A DNA stretch of 64,000 nucleotides, taken from contig JAKSBK010000095.1 of the NCBI GenBank assembly GCA_022361155.1, forward strand, positions 27,462 to 91,461, written 5' to 3'. A program made the position numbers and the translations under genes. Each line of letters begins with the position of its first letter. Position 1 is the first letter of the stretch. Shown here piece after piece: positions 1 to 8,547 of the stretch. Origin of the DNA: Pseudomonadota bacterium. Its GTDB lineage: Bacteria > Myxococcota_A > Polyangia > Polyangiales > JAKSBK01. The notes beneath the pieces were generated by a model. It was not told the origin of the DNA. It saw only the letters and a list, made by a program, of their open reading frames with translations, and made no database searches.

Positions 1-90
1 TTTTGACTATCTCCTTGAAATAGCGCTGCTATTCCGGGATCGATTCGCCGGCCCGAGCGACGCCAATCGCTCGCAGACTTAGGTACGAAA

Positions 91-567
91 TCATGGACGC
101 AGGACACTAGTGAACAACAAGTGAGCGATCAGGCCCATGCTTGTCGTAACGCAAAGCAGGATCAGCGATGCGGCGTAGCGGTCGTTTCGTCGCTTCATGC
201 GCGCCGAGGCTGTGGCGAAAGCGAGCAGGCACGATAGCAGGCCCATGATCATCAAGGGAAAGGCGAGCTCGACTCGACCGGTGTCCCAGTGCGCCGGGGG
301 GTCGTTTCCCAGGAAACGATCGAACATGGTCGGCTCATCCGGTCTTGCGCTGAGCCAGAGCAGGATGCCGGCCAGGGTGAACAGCCAGCCTGTGGCCACA
401 CACCAGCTGCCGAACCTGCTCATGAAGTCGGGCCCGTTGCGCCGTTCACTCCGAGCCCGGGGCAATGGGCGGTGCCGGTCGATCAGGTTGCTCACCCACG
501 CGCACAACGGTCGCGGCACGCACCCCTTGAATCGGGCCATTGACCCACATATAGGCTGTTGCCGCAC
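91..567 (-). CDS. hypothetical small integral membrane protein
   Basis: 158-codon ORF. The C-terminal two thirds carries three hydrophobic helices (WCVATGWLFTLAGILLWL, LAFPLMIMGLLSCLLAFA, LILLCVTTSMGLIAHLLF). The real start may be the internal Met at 423. Confidence 0.4.
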   Translation of the reverse strand: MRQQPICGSMARFKGCVPRPLCAWVSNLIDRHRPLPRARSERRNGPDFMSRFGSWCVATGWLFTLAGILLWLSARPDEPTMFDRFLGNDPPAHWDTGRVELAFPLMIMGLLSCLLAFATASARMKRRNDRYAASLILLCVTTSMGLIAHLLFTSVLRP

Positions 568-701
568 AGCTAGCCTGTAGACCTACCCCGCGTGCGGGCT
601 CGAGCACACCGAGCTAACCTGCGGCGGTCACCAGCTTCGAGCCCGAGCAGCTTCACCGCTGCTTGACAGCCAGGCTAGCGCGAGATTGGATGCCCTCCCC
701 T

Positions 702-790
702 GGAGGAGTGGCCGAGCGGTCGAAGGCGGCGGACTTGAAATCCGTTGTGCCCGCAAGGGTACCGGGGGTTCGAATCCCTCCTCCTCCGCC
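702..790 (+). tRNA. tRNA-Ser (anticodon UGA), class II with long variable arm
   Basis: GGAGGAG acceptor pairs with CTCCTCC at the 3' end. Anticodon stem GCGGA/TCCGT has loop CTTGAAA (anticodon TGA). Variable arm is TGTGCCCGCAAGGGTAC. T-loop is GGTTCGAATCC. Confidence 0.9.
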
Positions 791-1159
791 CATTCCGCTC
801 CGATGACCGTGGGGCGAACGAGACAGGCAGCGCCAGGAAACGAGTCTTGTGCCAACGCTGGGTTTACGTGTACAAGGACAAGCTGGTGCGCCTGTCTGGA
901 GGCCCAAGTGGACCGCATTGCGCATCGGGCGGGACCTGCGCAGCGTGGAGGCATGAAGCGGACCCCTGTTGAACGACTGCAAGGGATGGAGGCAGGGATG
1001 GAAGCCGTGCGGCGAACCGGCTGTGAAGGACTCCGACCAAAGTGCGCCGGCCGAGTCTCTTAATAGGGAAGCGGCAGGTAGCGGCGCAGATAGACCCGAC
1101 CAGCACAGCAGACAGACCAACAAAGACCCATAGACCCAACTAGGGACCCAATAATAGGT

Positions 1160-3187
1160 GTGGACATGCGATTGAGCTTTTCTTTGCTTCGGGGGGTTGG
1201 AGCAGCGCTCATCCTGCCGCTGGCGGCATGCAGCGGCGACACGCCCGTACGGACGGCCGGGACCGGAGGGCAGGCCGGTACGGTTGGTGTGGGCGGCCGG
1301 GCCGGCACGATCGGTGTGGGCGGCCGGGCCGGCACGATCGGTGTGGGCGGCCAAGGCGGCACGATTGGTGTAGGCGGCCGGGCCGGCACGATCGGTCTGG
1401 GTGGCCAGGGCGGCACGATCGGTCTGGGTGGCCAGGGCGGTGGCTTTGGCGGCATGGGTGTAGCCGGAGTAGGCGCCGGTGTGGGCGGTACTGTCGTTGG
1501 CCCGGGTGGCTTCGGCGGCATCGGCGGCCCTGCGGGCATGGGCACGCCGCCCGATCCATTGACCGGGGCATGTTTGGTTCCAGGCACCTTGCAGTGCTTT
1601 GGCCAGTGCGTGGACTACAACCAGGACATCTTCAACTGCGGCGGCTGCGGTGTGATATGCGAGCCGGGCGCGGGATGCATAGCAGGCGCATGCCTGTGTC
1701 CACCGGGGAGCGTCGACTGCGTCGACGCTTGCGCGAATCTGCTGACATCGCCTACGGACTGCGGCGCGTGCGGCATCAATTGCGGTCCGGGCGGCGTTTG
1801 CGTCAACGGGCAGTGCCAGTGCCCTCCCGGCACCCAGCAGTGCAACCCACCCGGCCCTGCGACCCAGGCCTGCTTCACGAACTTCGAGTCGGATCCCTTC
1901 AACTGCGGCGGCTGCGGGGACTCCTGCGCGGTGGGCGAAATCTGCGTCGGCGGCCAGTGCCAGTGCGCGATTCCAGGCCAACAGGTCTGCGATGGTCAGT
2001 GCACGGACTTCCTGAACAACCCCTTTGACTGCGGTGGCTGCAACCAGCCCTGTGGGCCGGGAGGGTTTTGTGCCAACGGCCAGTGCCAGTGCGCGCCCGG
2101 GCAGCAGTACTGCCCGAATACTGGCTGCGCAAACCTCAACATGGATCCGCTCAGCTGCGGTGGATGCGACAACCAGTGCGATCCAGGCGCGCTGTGCATC
2201 GGCGGCACCTGCACCTGCTCCGGACAGACCTGCAACTTCAATCCGCCGGGCCCCGGAGGCTCACAGCAGCGCTGCGTAAACGGCGGATTCAACATCGACC
2301 CCATGAACTGCGGCAGCTGCGGCAACGAGTGCGGTCCCGGCAGCATGTGCCTGAACGGCCAGTGCTTGTGCCCGCCTCCAACCGTTGCGTGCACCCCGGG
2401 CGGTCCCGGCACGGTGGGCCTGAACACCTGCGCCAACCTGCTCACCGATCCGCTCAACTGTGGAACCTGCGGCACGGCGTGCGCATCGGGCGCCACCTGC
2501 GCCGGCGGTGTCTGCCAGTGTCCGCCCGGCCTGACCGCTTGCCCTCACGGCTGCGTCAATACGATGACGAACCCGCAGGACTGCGGCATCTGCAACAACG
2601 CCTGCCCGTCCGGTGGCGACTGCCTCAACGGCCAGTGCCTACCTTGCCCGCCAGGGCGCCAATTCTGCGGCGGCGGCTCGGTGCAGACGGCAGAGGGCTG
2701 CCGCCTGAGCACACCCAACTGGGAAGACACCGACCCGTTTAACTGCGGTATGTGCGGATTCCGGTGTCCGCGGGGCGCACACTGCGAGGGTGGCCAGTGC
2801 ATTTGCCCGCCTGGCGAGATCAACTGCGGTCGTTTCTGTGCGCTCCCCGGGCACTGCCCAGAGTACGCCCAGTGCACGCGGAATCCCAACATGGGAGGCG
2901 GCTTCTGCCGGCCCAACGGCCAATGCCGGGACAACGACGTGTGCTGCCGGCGTAGCGCTAGCACGGGTTCGTGGTGCGCCGACCCATGCAGCAGCAACGC
3001 GGAGTGTCCGCCAGCACCCTTTGCACTTCCGGTCCCGAATCCCGCCGTTCCGGTTTGTCAGGACATCGGTGGTGGGCGCTGTGCCCTGGATTGCACGTTC
3101 GGCCGCCAGTGTCCTTTGGGCATGCGCTGCCGCTCGGTGCCGTTCGGCGGCGGTGGAAATAACCCCTCCCAGATCTGTACCTGGTAG
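1160..3187 (+). CDS. secreted lipoprotein with Gly-rich nonapeptide repeats and nine Cys-rich (Stig1-like) repeats
   Basis: Signal peptide with lipobox LAAC (Cys24). Six to seven GG[RQ][AG]GT[IV]G[VL] repeats. Nine copies of [DN]P.[ND]CG.CG..C..G..C..G.C.C. A further Cys-rich tail follows. Confidence 0.85.
   Translation: MDMRLSFSLLRGVGAALILPLAACSGDTPVRTAGTGGQAGTVGVGGRAGTIGVGGRAGTIGVGGQGGTIGVGGRAGTIGLGGQGGTIGLGGQGGGFGGMGVAGVGAGVGGTVVGPGGFGGIGGPAGMGTPPDPLTGACLVPGTLQCFGQCVDYNQDIFNCGGCGVICEPGAGCIAGACLCPPGSVDCVDACANLLTSPTDCGACGINCGPGGVCVNGQCQCPPGTQQCNPPGPATQACFTNFESDPFNCGGCGDSCAVGEICVGGQCQCAIPGQQVCDGQCTDFLNNPFDCGGCNQPCGPGGFCANGQCQCAPGQQYCPNTGCANLNMDPLSCGGCDNQCDPGALCIGGTCTCSGQTCNFNPPGPGGSQQRCVNGGFNIDPMNCGSCGNECGPGSMCLNGQCLCPPPTVACTPGGPGTVGLNTCANLLTDPLNCGTCGTACASGATCAGGVCQCPPGLTACPHGCVNTMTNPQDCGICNNACPSGGDCLNGQCLPCPPGRQFCGGGSVQTAEGCRLSTPNWEDTDPFNCGMCGFRCPRGAHCEGGQCICPPGEINCGRFCALPGHCPEYAQCTRNPNMGGGFCRPNGQCRDNDVCCRRSASTGSWCADPCSSNAECPPAPFALPVPNPAVPVCQDIGGGRCALDCTFGRQCPLGMRCRSVPFGGGGNNPSQICTW
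1265..1426 (+). repeat. 27-bp in-frame tandem repeat (6 units plus a degenerate 7th) encoding GGRAGTIGV
   Basis: Units start at 1265, 1292, 1319, 1346, 1373 and 1400. Units 2 and 3 are identical (ggcggccgggccggcacgatcggtgtg). Confidence 0.9.
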
Positions 3188-3245
3188 TCGCATCCACAGG
3201 CGCCGGCGCTCGGGACCCTCAGGTCTGGCCGCCGGCGCCAAAACC

Positions 3246-5489
3246 CTAACGGTTGGCTTCGTCGAGACGCCGCATGCCTTCCAGGAGCAGGCTCTCTGGA
3301 GGCAGCTGGATTATGCGTTGATCGGGCTGAGCGTGGGGATCGAGCTCGAACTCGCCGCTCGTGAGCACGAGCATGGCGTAGAACGCCTCCTCTCCGGTGA
3401 GCTCGCCGAAGCACGCGCCAAAGATCTGCCCCTCGCTGAAGTCGATGCTGCCTTTCTGGCGGTTGGCCGAGATCGAGAGCCGTCCGCTCTTGCGTCCGTG
3501 AAACAGGATTTGGACCACGTCGGGCAACGACATCTCGCTGAGCGAGCCACTGACGCCGCGTTTGCCCTTGCGGTCTTTGGGCTTCGCGAGCACCTGCTGA
3601 ATCTTCAGCGCTACTACGTCCGCAGCCGAGGGTTTTGTGATGTAGTCGGCGGCCCCGAGCTCGAAGCCCTTTTGCACACTCGCGCTGGATGCGTGCCGCG
3701 TCAAGAAGATGAACGGTACCTCCGCAGTCCCTTTCGTCTCACGGATCTTGCGTAGCAGATCGAAGCCGTCTCGAGGCGAGAGCTCCACTTCACTGACGAT
3801 GACATCGAAGTCGGTGCCAGCCATTTCCTGAAGCGCCCTTTGCGAGTCGCGCACAGCGGTGACGTCGAAGCCGCGTTCGATCAGCCTCAGCTCGAGCACG
3901 GTAGCCTCTTCCGGATCCGGCTCCACGAGCAGCGCGCTGCCGCTGCCGGAAAGGAGCTTCGCGCGCAGATCGTCGCCCAACACGACGTAACGGAACAGAT
4001 CGATCAGATTGGGATCGAACAGCACGCCCCCGTGCTCGGCCAGCTGCTCCCACGCTTCCTGCGCCGAGAGCTTCCTGCCGGCGGGGTTGCGTGCACGGCT
4101 CGTGAGGTCGGTGTAACTCTCCACGATGGCGAGCACTCGAGACCCAAGGGGAATCCCGGAGCCGCTCAGCCGATCCGGAAAGCCCGTGCCGTTGTAGCGC
4201 TCATACAGGTGCATGAGCGACTTGATCGCGCTCTTGGGCAGACGCACGGACTCGAACAGCTTGATCGGCGTGAGGTAGCTCTTGCGAGCGCGCGCGTTGT
4301 GGCTGTCGTACTGGGCGACGTTGAACGCAGTCAGGTGAGGACTGGCGCTCTTGCCAACGTCGTGCAGGTAGGCGGCAGTCAGAAGAGCGTCCGCTTCCTC
4401 GCCGGACAAACCGAGCCGCTCACCCATGCGCCTGCAGATCCTGCAGACCTGCGCGGAGTGGCCCCGGAGCTCGTCCCGGTCCTGCTCGAGCAACGTCACC
4501 AGCACATTGAGCGTCTCGAGGTAGTCGTGGCGTGGGACCGCCCGCGTCGCTGCCGCGTCGTGGGTGGCAACCGCGCTATCGATGCGGGCGGGCTCGGCTG
4601 CTGCTGCCTCGGGAGGAGCCGCGGCTTCAGGGGCTACCCCGGCAGGTGGCAGCGGCGCCAAGCCTTGAGCTCGGCGATCGAGGACGGAGACCGGAACCGT
4701 CGCCTCTTGACCACCGAGCAAGACGGCGACGGGCGCTGGAAGTCCCGCCGGCGCCTGCGCAGCCGTGTCCAGGCCCGGACCAGCCACCGGTGCGATGGGC
4801 ACGGCGCGCGGCAGCTCCCGGGGGGGCTCCGAGGACGGCCCGCGATCCGTGTCGGCGGCTGGGATAGGATGGTCCGGGCCCTTGGTGGGCGTCGAGACCC
4901 AGGGAGCGGCCGGGAGCGACAAGGACGCCGAACTGTCCATCGAGCCCGCGTACCGCTCCAGGTTGCGGAAGGCCGCTCGGTCGCCGTCGTAATGCAGTGC
5001 AATCGCCGCGCGGATGGCGCCCGTGCGAGCAAGCAGGAGCTTGACGCGCCTGACGCGACTCGCGAACTGAAGATGCTTGCTGAGCTCCAGGTCCGTTGGG
5101 TCGTTCACCAGTACGAACAAGGTGTGCTGGCCGCCGTCGTAGCGCACCGGAAACGCCCCGAGCTCGTGCGCGACCTTCGCAGGTAGCAGCTTGAGCAGGG
5201 CCGGGCTCAGACGAAGCCGCTCGAGCTTGGAGGTCGACAGAAACTGGGTCCGGCATAGCTTGCCCAGGATCTTGAGCAGCTCGAGCTCGGGAAGGATCCC
5301 CAAATCTACGATGGCGTCGTCCAACCCGCACCCGAAGTTGTAGGCATGCTGCTCGCAAGCGTTTGCTTGCGCCTGTGTCAGCTGTCCTTGGCTAACGAGT
5401 CGCCGCAGGGTACGGGCGCCGGCACTGGAGGAACCTGATCGACCCACAGATTTGACTAGTGTAGCGCACGCGCGGGCGAACCGAAGCAT
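3246..5489 (-). CDS. multidomain c-di-GMP signalling protein: T2SSE_N/MshEN-like, Pro/Ala linker, HD-GYP, response-regulator receiver, DUF4388
   Basis: N-terminus LVSQGQLTQAQANACEQ...LVNDPTDLELSKHLQF resembles the GspE N-terminal domain. HD-GYP motifs are GHSAQV..AAYLHDVGK and ERYNGTGFPDRLSG..IPLGSR. The REC domain has ALLVEPD..DVIVSEVEL..DYITKP. The C-terminal segment is GSLSEMSLPDVVQILFHGRKSGRL (DUF4388). Confidence 0.85.
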   Translation of the reverse strand: MLRFARACATLVKSVGRSGSSSAGARTLRRLVSQGQLTQAQANACEQHAYNFGCGLDDAIVDLGILPELELLKILGKLCRTQFLSTSKLERLRLSPALLKLLPAKVAHELGAFPVRYDGGQHTLFVLVNDPTDLELSKHLQFASRVRRVKLLLARTGAIRAAIALHYDGDRAAFRNLERYAGSMDSSASLSLPAAPWVSTPTKGPDHPIPAADTDRGPSSEPPRELPRAVPIAPVAGPGLDTAAQAPAGLPAPVAVLLGGQEATVPVSVLDRRAQGLAPLPPAGVAPEAAAPPEAAAAEPARIDSAVATHDAAATRAVPRHDYLETLNVLVTLLEQDRDELRGHSAQVCRICRRMGERLGLSGEEADALLTAAYLHDVGKSASPHLTAFNVAQYDSHNARARKSYLTPIKLFESVRLPKSAIKSLMHLYERYNGTGFPDRLSGSGIPLGSRVLAIVESYTDLTSRARNPAGRKLSAQEAWEQLAEHGGVLFDPNLIDLFRYVVLGDDLRAKLLSGSGSALLVEPDPEEATVLELRLIERGFDVTAVRDSQRALQEMAGTDFDVIVSEVELSPRDGFDLLRKIRETKGTAEVPFIFLTRHASSASVQKGFELGAADYITKPSAADVVALKIQQVLAKPKDRKGKRGVSGSLSEMSLPDVVQILFHGRKSGRLSISANRQKGSIDFSEGQIFGACFGELTGEEAFYAMLVLTSGEFELDPHAQPDQRIIQLPPESLLLEGMRRLDEANR

Positions 5490-5555
5490 CTATGGGCCCA
5501 CCCGGGAGCGAACTTTGCCGCTTCGTCGCCTCCGGCTACCTCGGGGTGCGACCGG

Positions 5556-6080
5556 ATGATGCATGTATGCCATGCTGGGCAGCGTGGCATGAACCGAGGG
5601 ATTGCCAGGTATCCCATCGTGGCGGCAGGCAGCGACCGCCTTGGCGGTCTTTTTGCCCGGCTCGCGTCATGGGCCCGCTCCGTGTGGAATTTCGCTACCT
5701 GCGTAGCCCTAATCACGTTGCCGATGCCGGCGCGCTCGCAGGATGCTCCGCAAGCGACCACCCCTCGGCCCTGCTCTTTGCTCTGGCGGCGCGTCAACAG
5801 CCCTGCGCACGCCAGAGCGGACGTGCTCGTCGCTCAAGCCCGGGCTCACCTGAAGGCGTTCTCGCGCGCGAGGCAGCAGCACGCTGGCTGGGTCACGCGG
5901 TGCCGGATCGCCCACGCTCATCCACCGAGTGGAGATTCACGACCGGCGCGCCGTGGTCGCGCGCGTGCCCTGCAGCGCTGGTTGGCGCGGGAGATGCGGG
6001 ATCGGGTGCACCTCGACAACGCGCTGGCCCGGCTGGAGCAGGCTCGACGACTCGCGCCGTCGGATCCCGCCATACTCTAG
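5556..6080 (+). CDS. hypothetical protein (possible signal peptide; weak call)
   Basis: 174-codon ORF with high third-position GC. It has a hydrophobic stretch WNFATCVALITLPMPARSQD. I recognise no family. It is convergent with the AOS gene. Confidence 0.3.
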   Translation: MMHVCHAGQRGMNRGIARYPIVAAGSDRLGGLFARLASWARSVWNFATCVALITLPMPARSQDAPQATTPRPCSLLWRRVNSPAHARADVLVAQARAHLKAFSRARQQHAGWVTRCRIAHAHPPSGDSRPARRGRARALQRWLAREMRDRVHLDNALARLEQARRLAPSDPAIL

Positions 6081-6102
6081 CTGCCTTGGCTCACGTAAAG
6101 GA

Positions 6103-7332
6103 CTAGGGCTCCATCGGTCCGAGATCCTCTCCCGACAACACATAGAAGGCTTCACCGTAGGCCGCCAGGAGCTCGAGCGCCTTGTCCATGTCCTCGCGGC
6201 TGTGTCCGCGTGTGACATTGAGCCTGAGCCGTTCTTCGCCTTGCTTGACCCCCGGATAGGTGATGGGCACCATCATCACACCGTTTTCGAGCAGGGCCAT
6301 GTGCATGAACAGCGCCTTGCGCTCGTCCCGGCACATGACGGGCATGATGTGGGTGTCGCTGATGCCGAGGTCGAAGCCAATCTGTAGCAGCCTGCTGCGC
6401 ATGTAGCGCGCGTTTTCGTGCAACTCCTGCACCAAGGCCTCCCCCTCTGCCTCCAACATGTCCAAGATCACGGACGCCGTGGCTACGAGCGGCACGGGCA
6501 ACGACGCGCTGAACAGAAAGGAGCGAGCGTAGTGTTGCACGTGCTCGACGACATCGATCGTGCCGAGCAACACGCCCCCGATTGCGCCGAAGGTCTTCGA
6601 AAACGTGGTTACGCTGATCGGAACGCGCCCGCGCAAGCCCAGATGCTCGATCACACCGGTTGCCCGCCTTCCCAGCGTCCCGGTCCCGTGGGCGTCATCG
6701 CAGATCAACACGGCGTCGTGGCGTTCACAAACCTCCACCAGCTCGGCGAGTCGGGCCATGTCCCCGTCGAGGGAATAGATGCCCTCCACGAGAACCAAAG
6801 CGTTGGGGCGATCGCTGGTCCTCAGGCAGCGTTCAAGCGAGCGAGCGGAGTTGTGATTGAAGAAGCGTACTTCCGGTTGCCGGCCGGGAGTACCTGCCGC
6901 CAGAAAGGTACCGTCCAAGATGCAGGCATGGCTCAGATTGTCGAGGACGATCGTCGTGTCCTTGTCAGCCAGCGACATGATCGTCCCGACCATGGCCTGG
7001 TAGCCGGTTGTGAAGATCAGCGCCCTGTCGTAACCGAACCAGGCCGCGAGGCGTTCTTCGAGCTCCACATGCGCTGTAGTCGTGGCCTGGACACGCGACG
7101 AGCTGAGCCCGCACGCGAACCGATCTACCGCGGCTCTGGCAGCCTGCTTCACCAGAGGATGCGTGGTTAGGCCCAAGTAGTCGTTGGAGCTGAAGTTGAC
7201 GATCGGTTTGCCCTGGATCGTGGTATGCAATCCCCCGCTTTCGAAGGGCCTGAAGAACGGGTAGACTTGACGGCTTTGTGCGTCGCGCACGCGCGACAGC
7301 TGCGAACGTGCCTTGTCGTCAGCCCAGCTCAT
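6103..7332 (-). CDS. alpha-oxoamine synthase family PLP enzyme (serine palmitoyltransferase / 8-amino-7-oxononanoate synthase-like)
   Basis: Motifs VNFSSNDYLGL, DDAHGTG and the PLP-lysine context TFSKTFGAIGG. Start taken at ATG 7332 (MSWADDK), which overlaps the upstream gene stop by 14 nt. The longer track ORF (to 7572) runs into the upstream gene. Confidence 0.9.
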   Translation of the reverse strand: MSWADDKARSQLSRVRDAQSRQVYPFFRPFESGGLHTTIQGKPIVNFSSNDYLGLTTHPLVKQAARAAVDRFACGLSSSRVQATTTAHVELEERLAAWFGYDRALIFTTGYQAMVGTIMSLADKDTTIVLDNLSHACILDGTFLAAGTPGRQPEVRFFNHNSARSLERCLRTSDRPNALVLVEGIYSLDGDMARLAELVEVCERHDAVLICDDAHGTGTLGRRATGVIEHLGLRGRVPISVTTFSKTFGAIGGVLLGTIDVVEHVQHYARSFLFSASLPVPLVATASVILDMLEAEGEALVQELHENARYMRSRLLQIGFDLGISDTHIMPVMCRDERKALFMHMALLENGVMMVPITYPGVKQGEERLRLNVTRGHSREDMDKALELLAAYGEAFYVLSGEDLGPMEP

Positions 7333-8533
7333 GACCCTCTTGCTCGCAGCGTCGTACGACCACGACCGAGACGTTGCCATAGTAGCCGAGCGTGATGACG
7401 ACCGCGGTGCGCGGGCGCGAGCGCAGCGCGCGTCCGACGAGCGGCACCACGGGTGCGCCCGCGAACCAGGCCAGCACCGTGGCAAGCGCAAACGCCCCGC
7501 TCGCGCCCAGGGTCTCTCCCAACAGGGCCTTTGGCAGCGCGGTGCTGATGTCGGCTCCGAAAAACTCCTCAACGGCGTTCAGCTCGGTGGAGTCGAAATG
7601 CGGAATGCCGCAAGCCGCGCTGCAAACGACGTCCACGTCCTGCGGGCTCAGACAGGCGTCTGCGAGCGCGTTGCGAAGCGCCCGCAAGATCGCCGACTTC
7701 GACACGTGCACGAGCGAGGCCTCCGAAGGAGGCGGCTCGAAGCCGGCGCCATAGCCCACTATCTCGGCGCGGATGCAGGCGCCTCTGGCTTTGGCGGCCT
7801 CTGGAGGCTCGATGCACAAGTAGACGGCGCCCTCACCCAGCCGCATACCCTTGCTGGCCGGTGAGCCGGGCGCGAAACCGGACGGTTGCTCCGCCAGTGC
7901 CCCCAGCTTGCGGAAGGCCAGGTACAACGGCTCGCTCAGCACTTCGCCGCCGCCCACAAGGAACATGTCGGCTCGATGGTGAGCCAGGTGGTTTTGACTG
8001 CTCAGGACGCCGTCGAGCGCCCCGCAGTTGCCGTCTACGATCGTCACATTCGGCCCACGCAGGTTCTCCCAGATACCCACGTAGGCGGAAGGCGAATTGA
8101 TCACCGTGTTCGGGAATCGATTGGGATTCAGAAAACGAGGATCTTCGAACTCGGCTACCAGATTCAGCTCGGTGATCGCGTCAAGCGAACCGTACGCCGT
8201 GGCCGAGCATACGCCCACGCGTTCGGGTGAGCCCGTGAGGTGCGAACCGTTGCGCTTGATGCGGGCGTCTTCGAGTGCGAGCTTGGCGGCGACGATGAGG
8301 AATTTCGTCAGCCGATCGAAATTACGCAAGCCTTTGCGTCCCAGGTAGGAGCCCGCGTCGAAGTCGCGCACCTGCGCCGCAAGCGTGTTGCCGGCGTGCT
8401 GCGGCGACAACACGTCCAGTGGAGGTCCAAACGCATGTTCGGCCGCGGCCCCGCCTCGCAGCAGCTCGAAAAACCGCCTTCGGCCCACGCCCAAGGGGCC
8501 AACGACGCCCAGTCCGGTGACGGATAGCTTCAC
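7319..8533 (-). CDS. ketosynthase-like partner protein lacking the Cys-His-His triad (CLF/KS-beta-like)
   Basis: Thiolase-fold KS homology begins at KLSVTGLGVVGPLG. The active-site position aligns as DGNCGAL against AACAAGN in the neighbouring KS. The two His positions read AACGIP and LGETLG. Start proposed at GTG 8533. Confidence 0.8.
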   Translation of the reverse strand: MKLSVTGLGVVGPLGVGRRRFFELLRGGAAAEHAFGPPLDVLSPQHAGNTLAAQVRDFDAGSYLGRKGLRNFDRLTKFLIVAAKLALEDARIKRNGSHLTGSPERVGVCSATAYGSLDAITELNLVAEFEDPRFLNPNRFPNTVINSPSAYVGIWENLRGPNVTIVDGNCGALDGVLSSQNHLAHHRADMFLVGGGEVLSEPLYLAFRKLGALAEQPSGFAPGSPASKGMRLGEGAVYLCIEPPEAAKARGACIRAEIVGYGAGFEPPPSEASLVHVSKSAILRALRNALADACLSPQDVDVVCSAACGIPHFDSTELNAVEEFFGADISTALPKALLGETLGASGAFALATVLAWFAGAPVVPLVGRALRSRPRTAVVITLGYYGNVSVVVVRRCEQEGHELG

Positions 8534-8547
8534 CAGGGCACCCGGTG

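Noticed and set aside
653-1981. 442-aa ORF on the minus strand, plus other minus-strand ORFs at 1060-1587 and 1209-1571
   Set aside because: It runs antisense to the well-supported Cys-rich lipoprotein gene and straight across tRNA-Ser. Its composition is Ala/Arg/Pro-rich, typical of high-GC antisense frames.
700-3200. Integrated genomic island at tRNA-Ser (and likewise at the two tRNA-Leu genes)
   Set aside because: I could find no integrase, no direct repeat of the tRNA 3' end, and no mobility genes. Only the accessory-looking lipoprotein supports the idea.
3840-5186. 448-aa plus-strand ORF
   Set aside because: It is antisense to the HD-GYP/REC protein and has no motifs.
7333-7572. Upstream extension of the AOS ORF, and likewise the 8534-8776 and 9936-10004 extensions of the two KS ORFs
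   Set aside because: Homology to the families starts at the internal start codons. The extensions overlap the preceding genes or the conserved intergenic repeat.
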